Shown here in pieces: positions 18,681-26,682 of a DNA stretch of 26,682 nucleotides (within the stretch, counting starts at the first letter, position 1; each line of letters begins with the position of its first letter). The notes beneath the pieces are model-generated. The model saw only the letters and a list, made by a program, of their open reading frames with translations, made no database searches and had not been told where the DNA came from. The position numbers were made by a program, and so were the translations under genes. This DNA comes from a virus. Its lineage: Duplodnaviria > Caudoviricetes. The DNA lies in the IMG/VR virus record IMGVR_UViG_3300042451_002223, positions 1 through 26,682 of that record; one strand, written 5' to 3'.

Positions 18681-19412
18681 TTATGCTTGATAGGCATAAT
18701 CTTCTACTATGGAAAGTCCAGAAAGTTTTAATAAAATGTTAGTTGTCGTCATTACATCACGCTCACAGTATTTGGTGATCCTTTCGATTTCGCCGTTCCA
18801 AAAGTAATGATTGACTTCAGAACCTTGGATATCCTCTTTTGGAGAGTCCAAACCGATTGATGTTGCAAGAAGGTCTAACGAAGTAAATCCTTCTTGCCAA
18901 GCTCCAAAGCTCCAGACCTCAGACGTATCGATGAATGGCATTTCCCAAGGTTTTAGATTGTGTACTAAAAGACCTTTAGGTAAAGAGTAGTCATTGATCA
19001 AGAGTCTTTTACACATCATCGGCACGTCGAATCTTTTGATGTTATGACCAATAAACTTGAGATTAAAGAACTTTTCAAACACCTTGTGAATTCCATCAAG
19101 AACTTCCTTTTCAGAATCGCTAGCATAGCTTTTCATTATTAAAGAAGGACCATCTTCTGTCCAAGTGATTCGTGCAAAGGATGCACAAACGATTCTGGCA
19201 AATTCGGGAGTAAGGGCAGCCTTCTCTACGTAAAGCTGTTCGTCTGTCATTTCTCGGTTTTCCTCAAACCTAGATCTTAGGTATTCGCAACGCTTTGTCC
19301 AAAGCTCAGCTTTCTTTGGGTTGGCTTCTGCAAGCCTATCAAGCGAGTAGTATTCAGCAGCAGTCTCAAGATCAAAAAAGACTGATTTGGTTAGTTCGGA
19401 TTGACTGTACAT
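18681..19412 (-). CDS. Stand-alone DEDD 3'-5' exonuclease (PolB exo2-like)
   Basis: FFDLET, RIVCAS, GHNIKRFDVP, KPWE...IDT..VW.FG, SLDLLA...G..SPK, YCERDV. Confidence 0.87.
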   Translation of the reverse strand: MYSQSELTKSVFFDLETAAEYYSLDRLAEANPKKAELWTKRCEYLRSRFEENREMTDEQLYVEKAALTPEFARIVCASFARITWTEDGPSLIMKSYASDSEKEVLDGIHKVFEKFFNLKFIGHNIKRFDVPMMCKRLLINDYSLPKGLLVHNLKPWEMPFIDTSEVWSFGAWQEGFTSLDLLATSIGLDSPKEDIQGSEVNHYFWNGEIERITKYCERDVMTTTNILLKLSGLSIVEDYAYQA

Positions 19413-19426
19413 TTTTCTTTGTTTTT

Positions 19427-20389
19427 TTATACTAGATCTAAATTTTCAGTTTTCTCAAAAGCAAAAGGAATCGGTTCAGCTAGCAGCTCGGTGCTTTTAC
19501 GATAACGTAGGATAGAAAGGTCTTTAGCTTTTGACTCGACCTCGACATCGACTGTTAAGTCATAGCTTGGAATTATTTCGTAGACGTAATCGGCGTGTGA
19601 ACGATTGATTACTGAAGAATCTTCGTAGAGGGCCTTTGAGCTTGAGTAGTGTTGTAGCGGAGTGAATCCATGCCAAGTAGAAGCAGCAAGGTGAGCAGCA
19701 TCTCTTGCTGAAAGCCCACCGGTACAGAAACGGTGATGTAGGTGATCGAACGTGATTGGGCAGCCGACTACTTTATAGACACCGTCATAAAGGTCCTTGA
19801 CTGAGTATTGGCTTGCTTTGTCATCGTTTTCCACAACTAGACGTGCTTGCGTGTGGGGGGCCAAACGCTTGAAGTTTTCACAGAACCTAGTGAGAGCCGA
19901 CTCCTTGTCACCATAAGAACCGCCGATGTGAATGTTGATAGGAGAACGATAGTCTTTAGGTAGACCCATTAGGTTCATGATGTTTGAGTGCTGGTCTAGG
20001 TCCCAAATAGTCTTTTCGACTATGCTGTCGCTTGGGGAGGCAAGAACATCGAACTGACCCGGATGAAAGGATATTCGCATGTCGTTTTGGGAAACGAATT
20101 GACCTACCTTGGTGGCAACGGCAGCGATCTCATAAAAGTCTGGAAGGTCGGTGATATTGTACTCGCTCATCCAAGGAAAGATGTCAGAAGACATGCGATA
20201 CACCTTGATGTCGTTTTGTCGATTCCACTCTAAGATCTTTAGAAGGTCTTGCAGGTTGGCCAGTGCAAGCTGGCTTGCGTAGGCAATACCCTTTTCCTGC
20301 CAGGTCTTTTTTATCATTCCTCGATTGATTGTTATTCCCTCGTCCTTGAGGGAAAGATTTATACAGCAATAGCCTAGTCTCATACTCAT
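19427..20389 (-). CDS. uvsE: UV DNA damage endonuclease UvsE/UVDE
   Basis: RLGYCCIN, YRMSSDIFPW, RISFHPGQF..L.S, IHIGG.YGDK, RLVVENDD, FD.LHH, HYSS, HADY, EVESKAKD. Confidence 0.95.
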   Translation of the reverse strand: MSMRLGYCCINLSLKDEGITINRGMIKKTWQEKGIAYASQLALANLQDLLKILEWNRQNDIKVYRMSSDIFPWMSEYNITDLPDFYEIAAVATKVGQFVSQNDMRISFHPGQFDVLASPSDSIVEKTIWDLDQHSNIMNLMGLPKDYRSPINIHIGGSYGDKESALTRFCENFKRLAPHTQARLVVENDDKASQYSVKDLYDGVYKVVGCPITFDHLHHRFCTGGLSARDAAHLAASTWHGFTPLQHYSSSKALYEDSSVINRSHADYVYEIIPSYDLTVDVEVESKAKDLSILRYRKSTELLAEPIPFAFEKTENLDLV

Positions 20390-20445
20390 GTTGCTATAAT
20401 ACTAAGAATTGGGGGAAATTAAAATTTGTGTGCCTTGCGTGCGCG

Positions 20446-20528
20446 AGTACTACTAAAGTATATCTATAGTAATAAAATAAAGTAAGCTATTAGAGTACTA
20501 TTTACTATTATAGTACTACTAGAGTATA
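20446..20528. repeat. 17-bp direct repeats AGTACTACTA(A/G)AGTATA flanking an AT-rich core with an internal inverted repeat
   Basis: Copies at 20446-20462 and 20512-20528 differ by one base. An AGTACTAT/ATAGTACT inverted pair lies at 20494-20501 and 20510-20517. Confidence 0.8.
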
Positions 20529-20543
20529 CCCGCCCGCCAACCC

Positions 20544-20573
20544 ATTATACTGGGAAAAAGCTCAAAGGTTTTA
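20544..20573 (-). promoter_or_regulatory. Bipartite promoter TAAAAC-N17-GTATAAT pointing into the repeat region and the uvsE operon
   Basis: Best-matching copy of the recurring motif. Confidence 0.65.
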
Positions 20574-20581
20574 GATAAATA
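20574..20581 (+). promoter_or_regulatory. Late promoter-like box GATAAATA upstream of the resolvase/late sigma genes
   Basis: Matches 8 of 9 positions of the consensus; back-to-back with the leftward bipartite promoter. Confidence 0.45.
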
Positions 20582-20593
20582 TAGTTTAGGTAG

Positions 20594-20621
20594 AAAACTT
20601 TTCCAAAAAGACTTAGTACAA
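20594..20621 (+). promoter_or_regulatory. Bipartite promoter AAAAC-N17-GTACAA for the resolvase/late sigma operon
   Basis: Plus-strand copy of the recurring motif, 29 nt upstream of the ATG at 20651. Confidence 0.55.
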
Positions 20622-20650
20622 GAACTTATCTAAAAAACATCAGTAGATGA

Positions 20651-21310
20651 ATGACTATTGTCAGCATTGACTTTTCCATACTTTACCCAGGAATCTGCAT
20701 AGTCAAAGACTTTAAGGATTTTAAGTGGTCTTCAATAGTCAACACTAAAATCACAAAAAAGGAAAGGGAAAACCTAGATGCCTTAACCAAGCTTTATCCA
20801 AACCTCTCAATAGGCTACACGAGTAGTAAAAGAAAAACAGAAGAGGAGTATCACATGACAGAAAGGACTAAGCTAATCAATTATCAAGAGCTAATAGATC
20901 TTATCATAAAGGAGATCCTAGACAAGACCGACGACGATAACATAATCTGTGCGATCGAAGGAATCTCGTATGGTTCTAAGGGGAATGCGTTAGTAGACAT
21001 ATCGCAGTCTACTGGAATACTTAAGATTAAGCTGATAGAAGAGGTGTTAAACAACCAGCACGACAGGCTGTTTGTTTTTAGTCCAAGCGAGCTAAAGAAT
21101 GCAATAGGAGCTAAAGGTAACGCTGGCAAGCTAGACATCTTTAAAAAATTCAAAGAAGATCCAGTAATCGAAGCAGTAAAGGAGTCAGACCTCTTTAAGG
21201 CAGTCAATTCTCAAAAATGGATCCAAAATGGAGAAAAGATAGTTTCTCCGATCATAGACATGGTAGATTCCTACTTAGGGGTTGCAAAAATCTACAACTT
21301 ATCAAAATAA
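20651..21310 (+). CDS. RuvC-like Holliday junction resolvase (RNase H fold)
   Basis: IVSIDFS...PGICI, AIEGISYGS, G.LK..L, SPSELK...G.KGNA.K, D.VDSY. Confidence 0.75.
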   Translation: MTIVSIDFSILYPGICIVKDFKDFKWSSIVNTKITKKERENLDALTKLYPNLSIGYTSSKRKTEEEYHMTERTKLINYQELIDLIIKEILDKTDDDNIICAIEGISYGSKGNALVDISQSTGILKIKLIEEVLNNQHDRLFVFSPSELKNAIGAKGNAGKLDIFKKFKEDPVIEAVKESDLFKAVNSQKWIQNGEKIVSPIIDMVDSYLGVAKIYNLSK

Positions 21311-21319
21311 TCCATAAAA

Positions 21320-21718
21320 ATGGCTAGAAAAAAGAAGGGCGACGCTCACTACATCAACAACAAAGAGTTTACTCAAAGCATCATCGATTGTAAACAGACA
21401 GGAGAGCTTTCCGAATACACGATCTCGTGTTTTATGAGCCTGGCAAACAGGGCAGTCGACCGTCTTTACTTTAGGGATTATCGTGATCGTGAAGACTGTA
21501 TCCAATCAGCAATAATCGACTGTCTAAAGTATTGGAAGAGCTTTGACGAGACAAAAAGCGCAAATCCAAACGCCTTTTCATACTTTACACAGATCTGTAA
21601 GAACGGTTATGCTAAGGAATGGAAAAAGATTCACAAAAAGACCGGTCTAGACCCAAGCGAAAAGCTTGAATTCATCTCTTTAAACACTCACGGCGAAAAT
21701 TCAGTCTATAGCATCTAG
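21320..21718 (+). CDS. T4 gp55-like late-transcription sigma factor (132 aa)
   Basis: HYINNKEF, CFM.LA, F..Y..REDCI..AI..CLKY..SFD..KS.N.NAFSYFTQI..N; the gp55 signature. Confidence 0.88.
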   Translation: MARKKKGDAHYINNKEFTQSIIDCKQTGELSEYTISCFMSLANRAVDRLYFRDYRDREDCIQSAIIDCLKYWKSFDETKSANPNAFSYFTQICKNGYAKEWKKIHKKTGLDPSEKLEFISLNTHGENSVYSI

Positions 21719-21730
21719 CTTTTAGGTCTG

Positions 21731-21739
21731 AATAAATAA
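21731..21739 (+). promoter_or_regulatory. Late promoter-like box AATAAATAA
   Basis: 17 nt upstream of the 1015-aa gene. Confidence 0.6.
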
Positions 21740-21756
21740 TCTAGAGAAAATAAGAG

Positions 21757-24700
21757 ATGATAGTCCAAAACCTGCAGTTTTTTGATAAGTTTGGGGAGAA
21801 CCTAAACCTAGAGTTCGATAATGAGCTCTCAGCGTGGGTTGGGACCATCTATTTCGAACCAATCTCAGCCAGCGTCTTTGAAAACGAAAATATATTCATC
21901 CTGGAAAAAGTTGGAGCTAATTATAAGTTCCCAACGCTAAGCTCGGGTGAGTCTTTTACCTTTTCTTGGGAAACTGCCGAAAACTCTTCACAGTTTTTCA
22001 TATATGAGGTGATTCAAGACCTAGAAGTCAACGAAAACTTCATAAACAAGGTAGACACTAAGACTATTTCTCACTCAGACTTTAACACAGGGTCAAACTC
22101 TCCACTGGATTATAAGTTTCCAATGCAGGTTAACATTGCGTTTAACCCAGACGACGAGAAGCGCTACAAGCGCACCCTACTGATCAAACACGACTCCACA
22201 CTGATTGCAAAGATCGGCTTTTATGGAGAAGGAGAGGTCGAAGAGGACAGGTTTAGGATCTGGTTGGAAAACTTTGGGATAAAATTCCTAAGGGAGGACG
22301 CAAACATCCTAAAGGACTATGATATCAAGGAAGCCAACCCTAACTTGGAGTCCCTAAACCAGATTCGTAAGGAATTGCTGGTAAATAGGGAAGAAATCTA
22401 CCCATACGTCGGTACATATAAAGGATTAGTCAACTTTGTCAACATCTTGGGCTACAAGGACGTCCTTAGAGTAAAAGAATATTGGCAAAACGTTAATACT
22501 AATTCATCCTACTTCAATAAGCTCAACCTGGTGGATATCACCGATTACTTGGACGATGGAAAGATCGATACGCTAGACCTTGTCGACGCTGGTAAGTCGC
22601 TAAAAAGTGGAAGACAGTTCAAAAAGACAGAGTTCTTAGCCCTAGTCTATGAATTTATCCAAGAGACTGGTGAGTTTGATGACGATGGGGTTCCCCTAAC
22701 GCAAGAAACGACTGAATTTACCGTAAACGAGATATTTTACAAGCTGGACAAACTCAGTCGTAAGCTAAAGAACGAGTTTTTACCGATAAACGTAAAGATA
22801 AAGGACATAATCGGTGAGTTTCTCTATTTTCAAAAGATCACCATAAACTATTGGACTGATTCTACCATAATTTTTGATTACCAGTTAAACGAGGCAGTCA
22901 AAGTATTAAGCTACCCAGATCTAAAGAGATCAAATTTGCTGGTTCGTGACCTTTCTCCTCTCTATCGTAAGCGCCAGGACTCTGGAATAGACTTTGGAGT
23001 GGTAAGACTCAACGAATCTAGCCAAGACCCATACGAAAACGGTCAAAGGTGGACAAAAGATCAGATTCCAGGCATAGTTGACTATATAGAAAGCTTTTAC
23101 GATGAGATCAGGGACCAACGTTTTCCCGATCTTAACGCTCGATTGAGCTGGGAATATGGCGACGATCCTCAAAAACCAATCGGGGCGCCAATAGTCCTTT
23201 CCCTAGACCTTGCAAAGCTAACTGTCTTTGACTTAAAGGGAGTAAAGCTAGAAGACTTGGACGCGATTGCTCCAGGACTAGATCCATATTGGACCTTTGA
23301 GAACATCGATTATCGAAACTATTATGAGATAAACTGGAAGATCACAAAAGCCTCCCCTAATCCATACAATTTTGAGTATAGAGGGCGTCTCGTAGACATA
23401 AACACCCTTCCTCACTTCTTACCCTCACCTGGAGAGTATAGAATGACTGCTGAGCTCTATGATTTTTGTGGAAACATCAGCGTCTTTTCAAAGCTAATCA
23501 CCGTAACTGAAAGGCTTAAACCTGAGATAATAGGTCTCACTAGGCTTGAGGACAAGTTCGACTATAGAATAGGCAATCTTGCCAACATCCAGCTCCAGGA
23601 CTTTGGAGCAAATCCTCTTTATTTTCCAAGAGTAAACCTTCTTGACTTTGAGGGAATATCCACCCAAGTAAACATCTATAAAAACCTGATGGAATGGGCA
23701 GCCTTTTACAAGAATCGATATGGAATGGGCCAAAACCTATATGATGTTGAGATCTACGACGAGGACACAGATACTTATGTTCCTTATTCAGATCCAGCAC
23801 AAACTCACCCTAGAAAAAGGGATTGGGGATTAGGCGAAGGCGACACACCAATCAAGTTCAAAGACCTTAGAGACATGCAGCTTAAGAGTCTTTACTGGAT
23901 GAGGCTCAGCGACCTAGTCTATCTAGACGATTTTAGTGCAGGTTTCTACGTATCAAAACCTGCTCCAGGCAAGATAATTAGAATGTCTCTTTTTTCAGAT
24001 TATGTCATACCTCAATATCAAAACCTGACTCAGCTTGCACAGATACTTAACGATAGCGACCACCCAGGAATAAGGCTTTTCAATTATTCAGTAATAGGTC
24101 AAGCGATTCACGCTAGGGCAGAATACCTAAGCAGGGAAATGTATCACATACTATTTTCTCCAGGTACAGGAAGCCCAAATCTCAGTCCAAATCTAAGTCC
24201 TTCTCCAGGGCTAGCTAGCGCCGGTCTAGATGAATACACGTTCTTTTTACCCAAAAAGGTACACTCAAAACGTACAGTCGATTTCTTAAAGTCAGTCTCG
24301 CCAGTTTTTGATGAAGAGACTCTCTTTTTATTAGCTAAGACCAGCGATCTTCTCAACGGTAGCGTCCAAGACCCTCAGTTTTGGGTAGAAGAAAAGTATT
24401 GGAAGTTTGAAAACGACAAGCAAAGAGGACACTTACCTACGGCTATCGATCAAAACGCCTTTAATTTTACTAGTGTAAAGATATTTAAGGACTCTTTTGC
24501 CATCCCAGAAAACGGAATAGTCTTCTTTGTGATAAACAATATCGACGCTAAAAACGATTTTATTTGGACGCTGAGAGACGAGCCAAATAACGAGACGATA
24601 ATCACAGTACGATCAGTTCCTTTCTTTGTTTGGAAGTTCAAAGACATCGGTACTTATACTTTATCAGTAGATGTTATCGATTCAAACAAAACGATTTATC

Positions 24701-24804
24701 AAAACTCAGTAAAAAATCTAGTAAGGGTTTTAGACAAGACGGATTATGTGTCCCATACTGAGACTCGATTGAATCAACGAAAAAACAAGTTAATGAATAA
24801 CTGA
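21757..24804 (+). CDS. Large putative virion protein, possibly baseplate wedge-like, with Ig/PKD-like segments (1015 aa)
   Basis: Late box upstream. YVGTYKGL...LGY resembles the GT..G motif of baseplate wedge proteins. PGEYRMTAELYDFCGN and F...GTYTLSVDVIDSN are PKD/Ig-like strands. The function is inferred. Confidence 0.55.
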   Translation: MIVQNLQFFDKFGENLNLEFDNELSAWVGTIYFEPISASVFENENIFILEKVGANYKFPTLSSGESFTFSWETAENSSQFFIYEVIQDLEVNENFINKVDTKTISHSDFNTGSNSPLDYKFPMQVNIAFNPDDEKRYKRTLLIKHDSTLIAKIGFYGEGEVEEDRFRIWLENFGIKFLREDANILKDYDIKEANPNLESLNQIRKELLVNREEIYPYVGTYKGLVNFVNILGYKDVLRVKEYWQNVNTNSSYFNKLNLVDITDYLDDGKIDTLDLVDAGKSLKSGRQFKKTEFLALVYEFIQETGEFDDDGVPLTQETTEFTVNEIFYKLDKLSRKLKNEFLPINVKIKDIIGEFLYFQKITINYWTDSTIIFDYQLNEAVKVLSYPDLKRSNLLVRDLSPLYRKRQDSGIDFGVVRLNESSQDPYENGQRWTKDQIPGIVDYIESFYDEIRDQRFPDLNARLSWEYGDDPQKPIGAPIVLSLDLAKLTVFDLKGVKLEDLDAIAPGLDPYWTFENIDYRNYYEINWKITKASPNPYNFEYRGRLVDINTLPHFLPSPGEYRMTAELYDFCGNISVFSKLITVTERLKPEIIGLTRLEDKFDYRIGNLANIQLQDFGANPLYFPRVNLLDFEGISTQVNIYKNLMEWAAFYKNRYGMGQNLYDVEIYDEDTDTYVPYSDPAQTHPRKRDWGLGEGDTPIKFKDLRDMQLKSLYWMRLSDLVYLDDFSAGFYVSKPAPGKIIRMSLFSDYVIPQYQNLTQLAQILNDSDHPGIRLFNYSVIGQAIHARAEYLSREMYHILFSPGTGSPNLSPNLSPSPGLASAGLDEYTFFLPKKVHSKRTVDFLKSVSPVFDEETLFLLAKTSDLLNGSVQDPQFWVEEKYWKFENDKQRGHLPTAIDQNAFNFTSVKIFKDSFAIPENGIVFFVINNIDAKNDFIWTLRDEPNNETIITVRSVPFFVWKFKDIGTYTLSVDVIDSNKTIYQNSVKNLVRVLDKTDYVSHTETRLNQRKNKLMNN

Positions 24805-24814
24805 TCTAAGATTT

Positions 24815-24823
24815 AATAAATAA
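24815..24823 (+). promoter_or_regulatory. Late promoter-like box AATAAATAA
   Basis: 19 nt upstream of the ATG at 24843. Confidence 0.6.
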
Positions 24824-24842
24824 CTAAAAATAATAAAAAACA

Positions 24843-25808
24843 ATGGCGTTTACACCAGTTTCTTTACCGATTCAAGAAATACTTTTAAGTGATTTTGTTA
24901 CTGACATTGCAAGCATAAGTAACACCAATGACTTGCTCCTAAAGGACAAACTAGAAGACTTGATCAACATATTTGAGATGGACCTAAATACTATCTCAAT
25001 CGGGACAGACAATCCCATTAATTACGTAAAGGCCGGCACGGTCATTGCTCAAGGAACAGGCTTCGTGTTTCAAACGAATGCACCAGTTCAAGTGATCTCA
25101 AAGATCGAGAAAAACGTAAGTAACGAATCAGTCTTTACTATCGACCGAATCAATGCAAACCTTTCAATCGATTCTGACGAGTTTACTGCAAACGACCTTA
25201 CTGTAAACACCACATTAGTTTCTGATGGAGCTGCAACCTTCAACTCGAGCATTACATCAAACGGTCAGTTTATTGAGTCTAAGGAAACAGTCATCTTAGA
25301 CTTAACTAAGACCAGTGCAACTGAGGCTTCTGCTAGACTTACTTTGACTAGCTCATCTAGAAAAAACATCTTCGTTACCCTTAAGGCAACTACTGCACCT
25401 ACTCTTAATCCAGTATACGATGGAAGTTCTGCAATAACTGCAGGTATCATTGTTCTTTCTCTTTATGTCGACTTTGATTCAGCAAATCCACCAGCTCCTA
25501 ACTCTAGTTTTAACATTTACGTAGTTGACGTTACTGAGCAGTTTTCTTCCACTACCATAATCCCGGCAGTGACTTCCGGCGGTATTCCTTTCGTAATTGA
25601 GGGAGGAACGAACCTGAATGCAACACCGACTGCTCCTATTATTTTACACGACAACATAAGTCAGGTAGGTACAAATCCTTCAAGTACAGTAGTCGGTAAT
25701 AATCAGCTTACGCAGTACGGACAAAACGCATCTTTATTATACATAGTCGATCAAAACTCCGACGACCGCTTAGTCATTACTGGCCTAGTTGGAATGGAGT
25801 TCTTCTAA
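24843..25808 (+). CDS. Putative virion structural protein, Ser/Thr/Asn-rich and beta-rich (321 aa)
   Basis: Late box upstream; no Cys or Trp; composition typical of tail/fibre proteins. No family recognised. Confidence 0.6.
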   Translation: MAFTPVSLPIQEILLSDFVTDIASISNTNDLLLKDKLEDLINIFEMDLNTISIGTDNPINYVKAGTVIAQGTGFVFQTNAPVQVISKIEKNVSNESVFTIDRINANLSIDSDEFTANDLTVNTTLVSDGAATFNSSITSNGQFIESKETVILDLTKTSATEASARLTLTSSSRKNIFVTLKATTAPTLNPVYDGSSAITAGIIVLSLYVDFDSANPPAPNSSFNIYVVDVTEQFSSTTIIPAVTSGGIPFVIEGGTNLNATPTAPIILHDNISQVGTNPSSTVVGNNQLTQYGQNASLLYIVDQNSDDRLVITGLVGMEFF

Positions 25809-25827
25809 CAAAAAATTATTAAGCTAA

Positions 25828-26682
25828 ATGGCAGTAACTCCTTTAATAAAGCCAGTACAAGACAAGAAGGGTATATTCTACAGCTTTCAAAGCGCTTTAG
25901 AAGACATTAACATAACTCTAAGTAACAGCGAAAATGCTGTTAGGTTCTCGAAGTTTGCTCTATTGAGGATACCTGAAATAGGTGACCCAAACACTTTACT
26001 GACCGATAATAAGATTCAGTTTCTTGCTCCGGGTGAGACTCCATTAAACGAAGGCCTAAATCCAGACAACAATGTCAACCTAGCTGAAAGCTTTCAAAAC
26101 TATGCCTTAAACTTTGAGGCATTACTTTTAAGTAGAAGCCAGTACAAAAAGAACGAAAAACTAACTGTTTCTGAAAGAGTATTCTTCAAGTGGTTAAAGG
26201 AGCTTGGAGCAGTTCGTTTTCAAGATGCTAACGCTCTAGAAAAAAACGTGAACCTTCTAGGAACCGAAAAGAGATTCGTAGAAAAGACCGAAGTAAACTC
26301 CACTTACAATCGAGTGGTAAAGTATGTCGGTGATATCGACGTAGTCAACTCGCTAAAGTCTAACCAAAATTCATATACTGAGGTTTACATACACGTCCCA
26401 ACCAATGTTGGAACGACGCCATACGTTTTATTCAAATCAGTTACCGACGACAATTACTTTCCAAACATGACAGTTGCTAATCTAGGGGCAGACCCTCTAG
26501 ACATAGAGTATCTTTCTGGAAGAAAATACAACGAGACTCATCCATTTGGTCTTTCTCTTAAGGCGTTTTACGACCTTGACGATCAAAGCGTGCTTACTGA
26601 AATAAAGGACAGTATTGGTGATCCTTATGTTACTGGAAACTGGTTTACACAAACGGTTAACAACGCATACTATACCGACAAT
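25828..26682 (+). CDS. Partial ORF running off the right end; putative structural protein
   Basis: Not in the ORF track. From the ATG at 25828 the frame is open for 285 codons: MAVTPLIKPVQDKKGIFYSFQSALEDI...RFSKFALLRIP...AESFQNYALNFE...TVSERVFFKWLKELGAVRF... Confidence 0.75.
   Translation, partial: MAVTPLIKPVQDKKGIFYSFQSALEDINITLSNSENAVRFSKFALLRIPEIGDPNTLLTDNKIQFLAPGETPLNEGLNPDNNVNLAESFQNYALNFEALLLSRSQYKKNEKLTVSERVFFKWLKELGAVRFQDANALEKNVNLLGTEKRFVEKTEVNSTYNRVVKYVGDIDVVNSLKSNQNSYTEVYIHVPTNVGTTPYVLFKSVTDDNYFPNMTVANLGADPLDIEYLSGRKYNETHPFGLSLKAFYDLDDQSVLTEIKDSIGDPYVTGNWFTQTVNNAYYTDN

Noticed and set aside
20446-20528. Mini CRISPR array
   Set aside because: There are only two 17-bp repeats, too short for CRISPR repeats, with a low-complexity spacer. 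The nearby PD-(D/E)XK nuclease lacks the Cas4 Fe-S cysteines, and the RuvC-like protein has resolvase size with no Cas12/TnpB features.

Overview
A densely coding, AT-rich segment of a large (probably jumbo) myovirus with a distant T4-like gene set, using the standard genetic code. Bacteroidota is the most likely host, inferred from A-rich leaders mostly lacking Shine-Dalgarno sites, an Hc1-type histone-like gene and a PolB-exo2-type exonuclease. Minus-strand blocks encode replication, repair and metabolism functions: the N-terminal half of a split family-B DNA polymerase, a T4 gp56-like dCTPase/dUTPase, an RNase H/flap nuclease, a gp32-like SSB, NrdB-NrdA, UvsE and two further nucleases. They also encode host-like machinery: GroEL, GroES, an S1-like ribosomal protein and an Hc1-like protein. 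Plus-strand blocks encode a 999-aa tail sheath, a GH19 endolysin, a RuvC-like resolvase, a gp55-like late sigma factor and probable virion proteins. The main observations from reading the sequence are: (i) two promoter grammars, a late RATAAATA box and an ECF-sigma-like AAAC-N16/17-GTAhAA motif; (ii) a three-gene late operon whose products all start with a T4 capsid-targeting-like peptide, one carrying an HExxH motif; (iii) a repeat-rich divergent spacer at 20.4-20.65 kb that may be a promoter-primed origin or an ncRNA; (iv) an NrdB with an all-Glu metal site, behind a palindrome and a hairpin. All assignments come from motif recognition by eye; no database searches were run.
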